This document shows positions 8,677-17,492 of a stretch of DNA of 32,000 bases, piece after piece (the first letter of the stretch is position 1; every line of letters begins with the position of its first letter). The notes beneath the pieces are model-generated. The model made no database searches. It saw nothing but the letters and a program-made list of their open reading frames with translations, and had not been told where the DNA came from. The stretch is taken from positions 2,220,001-2,252,000 of the forward strand of contig CP091279.1 in NCBI GenBank assembly GCA_021650915.1, written 5' to 3'. Source of the stretch: Candidatus Brocadia sp. GTDB taxonomy: Bacteria > Planctomycetota > Brocadiia > Brocadiales > Brocadiaceae. Position numbers and translations under genes: made by a program.

Positions 8677-10141
8677 ATGAGAAAGAGATTTGAGCAGCAA
8701 TTGAAGCTTGGCATCATACCCATTTCAGGGGTAAAACTGCCAATAAAGAGTCGAGATGAGCTACCACCGATACTGAGGGCGTTGCAACATATCTATGTTA
8801 CACCGGAGTTGAACGAGGAGGTATTCCGGATATTAGAGGCGAAGGTAACGAAGGGGAAGAAAAAGACGGGAAGATATGGGATGGATTTATGGCATATTTT
8901 GGTGTTGTCGGTGGTAAGATTAGGGTTAGATGCCGATTATGACAGGTTGGAGGATTTTGCCAACCATCACAAACTTATCAGGCAGATAATGGGGGTTGAG
9001 ACGGCATTTGGAGAGGCGAAGGTTTTTTCGATGCAGAGCATCAAGGACAATATAAGATTGTTGGATGAGGAGACCCTCAGGCAGATAAATGAAGTGGTGA
9101 TATCATCGGGGCATCAGTTGGTTAAAAAAAAGGACGAAGGACTGTGTATTAAGGTGGATACGTATGTGTTAGAGACGAATGTACACTTTCCGGCCGATAT
9201 GAATTTATTGTGGGATGCGGGACGCAAGAGTCTGGACATGATAGAGGATGCAATAGAGGAAGGCATCCTGGCGGGGAAAGGATGGCGCAAGAGCAAATAT
9301 TGGAGGAGAGAGTTAAAAAAGCTGATGAGGATAAGCGCAAAGGCGTCAAGCAGCGGGGGGGAAAAACAAGGAAGAGCATGTGAGGAGTTACTTGGAATTA
9401 TCGAGGGGTTTGAGTGAAAAGATAGGAGCGAGTCTGTTAGCCATCTACGAAAAGGTGCTAACGACGAACCAGGTAGACAAGCATGCAGGGAAAATAGGGA
9501 CACTGGAGTATTTTCACGGGATGTTGAATAAACAGATAGACCTGGTGGAGAGAAGGGTGATCCGGGATGAGGTAATACCGGCGGCAGAAAAGGTTCATTC
9601 GTTGTTTGAGCCGCATACGGAGTGGCTGTACAAAGGCAAGTCAAACAAAAGGGTAGAGTTGGGACATAATATTCTGGTAGCAAGCGATCAGTGGGGTTTC
9701 ATCGTGGACCATGTGGTAGGAGAAAAACAGGCGGATGTATCGTTGGTAATTCCATTGGCAGATAGGTTGTTGAGCCGTTACGGAGAAGGCACAATAAAGA
9801 GTATAAGTTTTGATAAAGGTTTTTACAAGAAAGAGAATAAAGAGTTGCTGAGTTTGTATATACCAGAGGTAATCCTTCCCAAGAAGGGCAAGAAGAATAA
9901 GGCGGAACAGGAAGAGGAATCGGGTAAGACATTTAAGAAGCTAAGGCACAAGCACTCGGCGGTAGAATCGGATATCAATCGTTTGGAGCATCACGGCTTG
10001 GATAGGTGTCCGGACAAAGGGCTGCATGCCTTTAAAAGATATTGTGCAATGGGCGTGTTAGCTGCGAATTTGCACAAGCTGGGAAACGTGCTGCAGGAGA
10101 AGGCACGGAAGCAGTGCGAAAAGTTGCGAAAAGCCGCCTAA
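8677..10141 (+). pseudogene. DDE transposase (about 487 aa if repaired), split into 8677-9417 and 9380-10141 by a +1 frame change in a G7 run
   Basis: The N-terminal DUF772-like segment is LWHILVLSVVRLGLDADYDRLEDF. The DDE candidates are IKVDTYVLETNVHFPAD, SFDKGFY and RHKHSAVESDINRLE. Frame 1 switches to frame 2 at GGGGGGG (9355-9361). Deleting one G fuses ...AKASSSGG to KNKEEHVRSYLELS... Confidence 0.75.
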
Positions 10142-10306
10142 GCAAGCAAAAAACACGAAGAAAAACAGTCTGCCGGGAGGCAGGTACGCCCAGACAAGGC
10201 TAAAATAAAGGGGAAAACAAGGGAAATATGTAAAAGAACAGTATTTTTGCCAAAAACCCTAATCTCAAATCTTAAAATTATCTATTGGTAAATAGAAAAT
10301 CGACCT

Positions 10307-10331
10307 CGCACTTTTACAAAAAGTGCGTTTT
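10307..10331 (+). terminator. Subterminal hairpin / intrinsic terminator at the right end of the IS
   Basis: CGCACTTTT (10307-10315), loop ACA, AAAAGTGCG (10319-10327), followed by TTTT. It overlaps the right inverted repeat. Confidence 0.5.
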
Positions 10332-10346
10332 CGTTCAGACACTAAG

Positions 10347-11240
10347 TAGTGTCTGAACGAGAACACGCTTTTTTAAAAAAGCGGCAGGGTAGTTTTCCGC
10401 TTACGAAAATCTTTTCTTAAAATTTGCTGCTAGCCTTTTGACAAAGGCAAGCTTCTTTTTCTCATTTTTTTCGTTTTCCCATTATTTTTGACCAGTCTGG
10501 ACATACTATCTCCCCGCCATACGGTTTTTTCACGTTTTTAGGCTGCCTTTCGCAGCTTCTCGTGCCTCTTCGCGCCTTCCCCTGAAGCACGTTCCCCAGC
10601 TTGTGTAAATTTGCTGCCAGCACTCCCAGGGCACAATACCTCTTAAATGCATGCAACCCCTTGTCCAGGCACCTATCCAAGCCGTGATGTTCCAAGCGAT
10701 TTGATGTCCGATTCCACCGCAGAGCGCCTATGTCTGAGCTTCTGAAATGTCTTGCTCGACTCCTCCGCCTGTCTCTCGGCAACCTGATGCTCTACGAGAA
10801 AACCCCATTGATCGCTTGCCACCAGAATGGTATGCCCCAATTCCACCCGCTTGTTTTGCCTTTCCCTTGTACAGCCACTCCATATGCGGCTCAAATAACG
10901 AGTGCACCTTCTCTTCCACCGGTATCTGCTCACCCTTTATCACCCTTCTCTCCACAAGCTCAATGTGCTTTTTCAACATCCGGTGAAAATACTCAAGTCT
11001 ATCGAGTTTACCCCACATACTGTCGCCTGATTTATTGCGAGCGTCCTCCCGTAGATCGCCAGCGTACTCTCCTCATCCAACAAACTTACATTGTACCTGA
11101 TGCTCTGCCTTGAAAGTCTCTTGCCCTCTCCGCATGTCATCTCTACCCCAAGTATCTGCCTGATAGGCTTATGATGGTCGGCGAAATCATCCAACCGATC
11201 ATAGTCTGCATCCAACCCCAATCTCACTGCCGATAAGACC
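10347..11240 (-). mobile_element. Decayed, 5'-truncated second copy of a related IS, in inverted orientation (transposase pseudogene fragments)
   Basis: The right inverted repeat TAGTGTCTGAACGAGAAC lies at 10347-10364. Minus-strand ORF fragments at 10462-10782, 10673-10933, 10728-11018 and 10973-11338 align piecewise to the 8677-10141 transposase (VRLGLDADYDRLDDFADHHK, LEYFHRML..ELVERRVI, NKRVELGH.ILVASDQWGF, SAVESDI, LEHHGLDRC.DKGLHAFKRYCA.GVLAANLHKLGNVLQ). There are frame changes and at least two internal deletions, and similarity ends near 11240. Confidence 0.75.
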
Positions 11241-11285
11241 AGACGGGCTGGAAAAAATTTGGCGGAGTTTTGCAGGTAATATTGG

Positions 11286-11313
11286 TTGCGCCTGCACGGC
11301 GCTATGGTATAAT
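11286..11313 (+). promoter_or_regulatory. Candidate promoter with an extended -10 for the HAO-family gene
   Basis: TTGCGC (11286-11291), a 16-bp spacer containing the TG of the extended -10, then TGgTATAAT (11305-11313). It sits just outside the IS remnant, about 65 nt upstream of ATG 11379. Confidence 0.4.
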
Positions 11314-11378
11314 AATCCGGAAAATACGTACTGGACAATTATCTTACTGAACATGGACTTATGGGGAGGAAGAGGCAC

Positions 11379-12872
11379 ATGAAGGTGTTTTTGTCATTTG
11401 TGGGAGTGGCAATACTCTTTGGTGTTTTTTGCGGGGGAATACCGGCTCAAAAACTCGATAAAGGGGTAGGGCCGTACGGCGAATTCTGGAAACCAATCCC
11501 TACCCAGCGATACTGGGCACCGGACTACTTTTATTCACCGCCGGAAGAACCCAAAGGGGTATATACCGCGGATGAGTGTACGCTCTGCCACAAGGCTTTA
11601 AATCCAGGACTCGTTAAGGCATGGGCAGAAAGCAGCCATGCGAATCTCGATAAGCTGCTTGACTACCAGAAAGAGAAATTAGCCGAAATAGAAAAGACCC
11701 TGGGGCGGAAACTCACCAAGGTGGGATGTATCGATTGCCACGGCAAGGTGGGAGCGGAAAAGCTGGATCATGAAAAAGAGCTCGTTATGCCAAATTCCGC
11801 ACTGTGCGGTGGATGCCATAAACAGGAATACGAAGAGTTTGAGTCAGAAAAGCAATACGGTATTCCTGACTGGAAGCCAGGCAGGGAAAGCCATGCAAAG
11901 GCCTATGATGCCAATCTGGACGTGGATGTGTGGGCTGCGGTAGATAAGAATATTGTTCAGGGCTGCGATATGTGCCACAATATTCAGCACAAGTGCGACA
12001 GCTGTCACACCCGCCACGCCTTTAAGGCCTCTGAGTCCAGGCGTCCGGAGGCTTGCCAGACCTGTCATAACGGACCCGACCATCCTGATATTGAATATTA
12101 CCGGGACTCCAAACACGGTTCGATCTATTTTACCGAGGGGAAAGACTGGGACTGGAAAAAACCGCTCAAGGACGCCAATTATATTGCGCCCACCTGTCAG
12201 TCCTGCCATATGTATTACAAAGGGCAGTATTCTCACAATATGGTCAGAAAGGCCATTATGGGCGAGGGCGACGTATTGTTTTATGACAATGTGTTCAAAG
12301 GGATTAAGCCCACCGACTACCTCAGGAACAGCAAAGAATTAATGGCACGGCGCGAGGCATGGATAGAAGTCTGCGTAAAGTGTCATTCTCCACGGTTTTC
12401 CCGTGATTATCTTGATTCTATGGATAATGCCTCGGATGCTGTTTTCCAATACGTGAGCGATGCCTACGCCACGATTAAATCGCTTTACGAAGAGGGCATA
12501 CTCTACCCTATGCCTGAAAACAGGCCAAAAGCCCCTGCCCCCGTTGCGGAAAAGTATCCCGATCTCCTGGGCGGTTTCTACGGTGAATTTTGGGCGAAGA
12601 GCGGAAATCCGAGCAGGATTGAAAAGGACTTTTTGTATATGTGGGAAAACGATGCCTTTCTGGTCAGAAAAGGTCTGGCGCACATGAACCCCAACGGCTT
12701 TACCTATCTCTCGTGGTCAAATTTGCTCAAGAAATACGTGGATATACAAAGTGAGGCAAATACCTTGCGGCGGTTAGCTGCGTTGGAAAAGAAAGCCAAA
12801 CTGCGCCCCCGGACAAAAACGAAAAGTAAACAGACGCCCGGCGCAGCAGGGCCACAACAAAATCCTCCGTAG
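11379..12872 (+). CDS. hao: Octaheme hydroxylamine/hydrazine-oxidoreductase (HAO) family cytochrome c, secreted
   Basis: The start is ATG 11379, with GGAGGA 8 nt upstream. There is a signal peptide and eight CxxCH motifs (CTLCH, CIDCH, CGGCH, CDMCH, CDSCH, CQTCH, CQSCH, CVKCH). Colinear similarity to N. europaea HAO, recalled from memory, includes HANLDK, GCIDCH, CHTRH, KPEAC.TCH and GLAH.NP.G.TY. Confidence 0.9.
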   Translation: MKVFLSFVGVAILFGVFCGGIPAQKLDKGVGPYGEFWKPIPTQRYWAPDYFYSPPEEPKGVYTADECTLCHKALNPGLVKAWAESSHANLDKLLDYQKEKLAEIEKTLGRKLTKVGCIDCHGKVGAEKLDHEKELVMPNSALCGGCHKQEYEEFESEKQYGIPDWKPGRESHAKAYDANLDVDVWAAVDKNIVQGCDMCHNIQHKCDSCHTRHAFKASESRRPEACQTCHNGPDHPDIEYYRDSKHGSIYFTEGKDWDWKKPLKDANYIAPTCQSCHMYYKGQYSHNMVRKAIMGEGDVLFYDNVFKGIKPTDYLRNSKELMARREAWIEVCVKCHSPRFSRDYLDSMDNASDAVFQYVSDAYATIKSLYEEGILYPMPENRPKAPAPVAEKYPDLLGGFYGEFWAKSGNPSRIEKDFLYMWENDAFLVRKGLAHMNPNGFTYLSWSNLLKKYVDIQSEANTLRRLAALEKKAKLRPRTKTKSKQTPGAAGPQQNPP

Positions 12873-12886
12873 GAGAGGATAGCAAC

Positions 12887-12921
12887 CCCCTGAGTCCCCA
12901 CAGATAAGAGGGATTCAGGGG
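12887..12921 (+). terminator. Strong stem-loop directly after the HAO-family stop codon (no U-tract)
   Basis: CCCCTGAGTCCC (12887-12898) pairs with GGGATTCAGGGG (12910-12921), giving a 12-bp stem with one G-U pair and an 11-nt loop. Confidence 0.4.
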
Positions 12922-13065
12922 AATAAAAAGGGGCAAAAACACCTTTTCTGGAAAATGGGGAAAGAAAAATATTGCGCCGCATGCCATATCGGCAGGTATG
13001 AAATGGTGTCCTTCATACAAAATGCAGCGTCATACGCATGAATATCCGATCGTTACAACCCCTTC

Positions 13066-14562
13066 TTACTTGCCGGTGATGTCTGTAGAGATACCACACA
13101 CGCCGTAAAGACCTTCCACGGTATCATACATGGGAAATTTTAATGAAATATACGTATGCATCCCGTCGTCATGCGGGGCGAGTTCTTTAACCACCATGGA
13201 TCGCCGTGTTTCAAGCACCTTTTGATCATTCAGCCGGAAGGCATCGGCATTTTCTTTCGGAAAGAGATCGTAGTCTGTTTTCCCCACAACCTCTTCTTTC
13301 GTTACATGGAAGAGTTTTTCGTATTGACGATTGATAAGGAGATAACGGCACGAGGTATCTTTAAGATAAATAACCGCAGACGTGTTATCAAGAATCGCCT
13401 GCGACTGTTCTTTGCTCTTGCGCAGCGCCTCCGCAAAGCGCTTGTGTTCTGTGATTTCCTTTGAGAGCGCATCAGCCATAGCATTAAAACTGCTGGCAAG
13501 GTCGCCAATCTCATCCCTGCGATTAACCTCTATCCGATAATCCAATTTTCCGCGTCCGAATGTCTCTGCTTTCCTGGCAAAATCCTTAATAGGGCGTGAC
13601 AGTGAAGTAGCAAATGCTATTCCCACACCCGCCGCCACGGCAGCGCCAGCTATCCCTATAATCAAGGCAATCACACCTATGGTCTTTAATGATGCAAAGA
13701 CCTCGGCTTCATCTATCTCTGTCAAAAGTGTCCACCCATATTCCGGGATATCCATTGACGTGCCGACAACCGGTACCCCCCGGTAATCCGGATAGATTCC
13801 AACCATTTCCTGATTCTTTTCAAGAATCCTGCGAATGGGTTCTGTATCCACAACCAGTTGAAATGGCGCCTGCCCGATAAATCTTGACTCGGTAAGGATT
13901 ACCTTGTCTCTGTTAACTAAATATGCTTCGCCGGTTTCTCCCAATCCGACGCGATTGGTTGTTATATCATTCAGGCCCGTGAAATAATAAGCATTGATAA
14001 GAATACCAAGCGCTTCGGCGTTTTGTTGCGAGCGAATGGGTGCGCTGCTTAAGATACAATTTGCTGCAAGATATGAAGCATGTCGTGGTTTCATATAGGT
14101 TTGACCGTAGTCCAAATTCTTCGCTTGCAAAAATATTTCCTGGGCGGACATATCCCTGCCTATTAACGTTTTATTGGTAGAGGCAACAACCTTGCCGTCT
14201 CTGTCCGCAATAGCAATTGCGATAAGATGCCCGTCTAACGGCAACTTCTTTTTTGCAAGGTATCTGTTCAGATTGCCAGCGCGGCTTCCTCTGCCAGCAT
14301 TTTTCCGGATGATTGTCTCAAGGCTGTTTTGTATGAACCCATCGGAGCTGAAATCCGCGGTTCGCATCTTTTTAATCTCCATAAAAGCTTGGATGTGAAG
14401 CCTTTTTGAAGCTGCAACTGCCTTTAATTGCTCCAAAACCTGGCGCCGGAGAGTGTGTTTGGCGGTGAGGTAATATATCGTTGAAATGGTCGCTATTGGC
14501 AAGGACGAGATGCAGAGGGTTAATACCAGCAATTTGCCCCTAATGGATGCAAGCGGATTCAT
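13066..14562 (-). CDS. Membrane sensor protein with Cache-like periplasmic domain, HAMP and PAS domains, and no recognisable output domain
   Basis: AGGAG lies upstream of ATG 14562. The order is TM1 (LLVLTLCISSLPIATISTIYY), an extracytoplasmic region of about 260 aa, TM2 (IGVIALIIGIAGAAVAAGVGIAF), HAMP (DEIGDLASSFNAMADAL) and PAS (ILDNTSAVIYLKD...GISTDITGK*). No H-box or ATPase motifs are present. Confidence 0.75.
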   Translation of the reverse strand: MNPLASIRGKLLVLTLCISSLPIATISTIYYLTAKHTLRRQVLEQLKAVAASKRLHIQAFMEIKKMRTADFSSDGFIQNSLETIIRKNAGRGSRAGNLNRYLAKKKLPLDGHLIAIAIADRDGKVVASTNKTLIGRDMSAQEIFLQAKNLDYGQTYMKPRHASYLAANCILSSAPIRSQQNAEALGILINAYYFTGLNDITTNRVGLGETGEAYLVNRDKVILTESRFIGQAPFQLVVDTEPIRRILEKNQEMVGIYPDYRGVPVVGTSMDIPEYGWTLLTEIDEAEVFASLKTIGVIALIIGIAGAAVAAGVGIAFATSLSRPIKDFARKAETFGRGKLDYRIEVNRRDEIGDLASSFNAMADALSKEITEHKRFAEALRKSKEQSQAILDNTSAVIYLKDTSCRYLLINRQYEKLFHVTKEEVVGKTDYDLFPKENADAFRLNDQKVLETRRSMVVKELAPHDDGMHTYISLKFPMYDTVEGLYGVCGISTDITGK

Positions 14563-14777
14563 CGTAGCAATCTCCTGAAATCCTCTCGTTCTTCCTTGAA
14601 AATTACCTTCTCGTCAGGCGCGGAATCATTTTCTTACGGAAAAGACCCCTTGCCTGCCAGGAAAGATGTGAGTGCATTATACCACGATATCTGTGTTTGT
14701 GCCAGCAATTACTTCGATCCGCCACAAACTGGCAATGGCTTATTTCCTGAGATTTTCAAAGATATACCCGCTTACCC

Positions 14778-15608
14778 TTATGAAACAGGTTCTTCACAGA
14801 AAATCCCTTCCTTCCGGAGTAATTGTTTGCACTGCGCCAGCCTCTCTTCCCTTTCAATTCCTGAGATATAAAATGTCACCTGCGCCATTACCGGAATAGG
14901 AGATTTTTCTGCATTCACCGTGTTCAGGAGACGGGCATTCTGGAGCACGGTTCGTAAGCGCCGGGCAGTTCCGGAATTCCCATCGATAATGGTAATCTTA
15001 TCCCCAACAACATGCGCGATCTCCTTTTTTATCAGGACATAATGCGTGCAACCCAGGACGATGGCGGAAATATCCTCAGCGCTTACTGATGAAAAGAGAT
15101 GGGAAAGATACGCTTCAACTTCCTGGCTGCAGGACGGATTTCTTTCAATGATCTCCACCAGCCCAACACAGGGAACCGGCACGATCTCAGCGCGATGCTG
15201 GTAATGATGCACGAGTTCATTGAACTTCCTGCTTTTCAACGTCAGCGGGGTGGCCATAACAAGAATTTTACCGGCAGATCCAAGTTCCACCGCCGGTTTT
15301 ATGGCAGGTTCCATGCCAATCACCGGAAACGGACACATCCTCCGGATCTCGTTAATGGCGGCGCTTGTGGCCGTGTTGCACGCGACAACCAGGGATTTAA
15401 TGCCCATACCGGCAAGAAATTCGGTAACTTTTAGAGAGAGCGACCGGACCGCCTCCTCTGGTTTCGTCCCATAGGGGGAATGCAGGGTATCGGCAAAATA
15501 GACAAACTTCTCCCAGGGCAGCGCCTTAATTAACTCAGCGAGGACCGAGATGCCGCCAATACCAGAATCAAAGACCCCTATCGGTGATGGAGTTCCTGGA
15601 TTTTTCAT
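14778..15608 (-). CDS. murI: Glutamate racemase
   Basis: Supporting motifs are IGVFDSGIGGISVL, VVACNTATS and LGCTHY. Confidence 0.9.
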   Translation of the reverse strand: MKNPGTPSPIGVFDSGIGGISVLAELIKALPWEKFVYFADTLHSPYGTKPEEAVRSLSLKVTEFLAGMGIKSLVVACNTATSAAINEIRRMCPFPVIGMEPAIKPAVELGSAGKILVMATPLTLKSRKFNELVHHYQHRAEIVPVPCVGLVEIIERNPSCSQEVEAYLSHLFSSVSAEDISAIVLGCTHYVLIKKEIAHVVGDKITIIDGNSGTARRLRTVLQNARLLNTVNAEKSPIPVMAQVTFYISGIEREERLAQCKQLLRKEGIFCEEPVS

Positions 15609-15638
15609 GAAGCGCTGATACCCAATGAGAAACGATTT

Positions 15639-17279
15639 TTAACACAGAAAATTATGGGCAATGGGCATGCGCCTGCCTGATCCAAATGCCTTGGAAGTAA
15701 CCTTGATACCCGGCGCAGCCTGCCGCCTCTTGTATTCATTCCTGTTTACCTTTCTGATAATCTCACGCACAATCTTTTCATCAAACCCCATGCGAATAAT
15801 TTCCCCGACGCCCCTGGCTTCTTCCACATACGCCTTCAGGATGCCATCCAGCACATCGTAAGGGGGCAGGCTGTCCTGATCGAATTGATTGGGTCTCAAT
15901 TCCGCGGAAGGGGGCTTGGTAATAGAATTCTGCGGGATAATCTCCTTTTCCCGATTTATATATCGCGCGAGTTCATACACCATCGTTTTCGGGACATCAG
16001 AGATCAGGGCCAGTCCGCCGCTCATGTCACCGTACAAGGTGCAGTAGCCCACGGCCAGTTCCGACTTATTTCCCGTGGCCAAAACAAGGTATCCATACTT
16101 ATTGGAAAGGGCCATGAGGATATTGCCACGAATGCGCGCCTGGAGATTTTCTTCCGTAATATCAAAGGAGCTCCCTTGAAATTCGGTCTCCAGGGTTTTC
16201 TGGTACGTTTCAAAGGTGTCTTGAATTGGTATGATCTTATAGGAAATACCAAGATTCCGGGAAAGTCTTACCGCGTCATCAACACTACCCGGTGAAGAAA
16301 ATTGGGACGGCATGAGTACTCCGATGACATTCTGATTGCTCAGCGACCCTACAGCGAGCGCCGCAGTTACGGCAGAATCGATGCCCCCGCTCAGGCCAAT
16401 GACCACCTTCTGAAAACCGCACTTTGTCACATAATCCCGAAGCCCTGCAGTCAGGGCCATATGCACCGTTTCGATATCGGAGTAGGCATTGGGCGGTATT
16501 TGCACCAATGGATTTTCTATGTCGGCTACCACCAGGTCCTCCTGAAACATGGATGCCTGGGCGATCAGCTTCCCCCGGGCATTTATTATCATACTGTTTC
16601 CATCGAAAACAAGGTCGTCATTGCCGCCCACTTGGTTGATAAAGACAAAGGGGACGTTATATTTCATGGCATCGTGTATCAGCATCCGCAGTCTGATCGT
16701 GTCGTGTTTCCCCACGGCAAAGGGTGATGAAGAGACATTAATCATAACGTCTGCACCCTGAGAGATCAGGTTTTTGATCGGATCGATTTCATACCGTGGC
16801 CGGGCCCAGAATTCTTCATCGTTCCATATATCTTCGCAGATTGATATCCCCAGCGTGCAATCCATGAACTTTACGGGCACAATCTGATGCGCGGGCTCAA
16901 AGTAGCGGCACTCGTCAAAGACATCGTATGTCGGCAGGAGTGACTTGTGATGGACAGAAACAATCTTGTGATCCTGAATGAATGCAGCCGCATTGTGGAC
17001 CAGCTTGCCATGATGCCGCTTGTTTCTATCGACAAAGCCCACAACGGCTGAAATACCGGATACGTAGCTGGCTATTTTATCAAGAGCCCTGAGGTTGTCG
17101 TCTATGAAGGCAGGAATATCAAGAAAATCCTTGGGAGGGTAGCCCGTAACGGCCAACTCCGGAAAGATAACGAGATCCGCGTCCAGATTCCTGGCGCGTT
17201 CAATAAAGGAGCAGATTTTTTCGGTGTTCCTTTGAAAATCACCGATTGTTTGATTAATCTGTGCCAGGGCAATTTTCAT
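15639..17279 (-). CDS. nadE: Glutamine-dependent NAD+ synthetase (N-terminal nitrilase-type glutaminase plus NAD synthetase domain)
   Basis: The start is taken at MKIALAQINQTIGDF (ATG 17279), but the ORF is open up to 17441. It has the CN-hydrolase pattern (FPELAVTGY, ICEDIW) and the PP-loop motif GLSGGIDS. Confidence 0.85.
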   Translation of the reverse strand: MKIALAQINQTIGDFQRNTEKICSFIERARNLDADLVIFPELAVTGYPPKDFLDIPAFIDDNLRALDKIASYVSGISAVVGFVDRNKRHHGKLVHNAAAFIQDHKIVSVHHKSLLPTYDVFDECRYFEPAHQIVPVKFMDCTLGISICEDIWNDEEFWARPRYEIDPIKNLISQGADVMINVSSSPFAVGKHDTIRLRMLIHDAMKYNVPFVFINQVGGNDDLVFDGNSMIINARGKLIAQASMFQEDLVVADIENPLVQIPPNAYSDIETVHMALTAGLRDYVTKCGFQKVVIGLSGGIDSAVTAALAVGSLSNQNVIGVLMPSQFSSPGSVDDAVRLSRNLGISYKIIPIQDTFETYQKTLETEFQGSSFDITEENLQARIRGNILMALSNKYGYLVLATGNKSELAVGYCTLYGDMSGGLALISDVPKTMVYELARYINREKEIIPQNSITKPPSAELRPNQFDQDSLPPYDVLDGILKAYVEEARGVGEIIRMGFDEKIVREIIRKVNRNEYKRRQAAPGIKVTSKAFGSGRRMPIAHNFLC

Positions 17280-17492
17280 GCTTTTAATGTAATCGGTAAG
17301 GGTATCTTTCGCAAATAAATTTTTCTTTTGATGTTTCATTGCGCTAAAGAAATTAAAAACCTTGTAATCTTTAATACGTATTGCTAAAATAGCCCCGCTG
17401 CTAATGGAAAGAAATTTTCTATCATTTCCCATCATTGTCACGTATCAACGTAACCAATTCCAACTTGTTGAACGGCTTTGCCAGGAGGGCGT

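Larger units (their letters stand above)
8491..10344 (+). mobile_element. Insertion sequence, 1854 bp, IS4/IS5/IS1182-superfamily type
   Basis: The terminal inverted repeats are TAGTGTTTGAACGGAAAC (8491-8508) and the reverse complement of GTTTTCGTTCAGACACTA (10327-10344). It encloses a DDE transposase reading frame. Confidence 0.75.

Noticed and set aside
9380-10141. Treating 9380-10141 (GTG start) as an independent orfB produced by classical programmed -1 frameshifting.
   Set aside because: The frame relation between the two halves is +1 (frame 1 to frame 2), not -1. The halves are contiguous parts of one DDE transposase, so a 1-nt insertion in the G7 run is the simpler reading. I kept it as a finding rather than annotating two genes.
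10462-11338. Four overlapping minus-strand ORFs of 86-121 aa listed by the track.
   Set aside because: They are not separate genes. Each carries a piece of the same transposase sequence in a different frame, so they are annotated as one decayed IS remnant.
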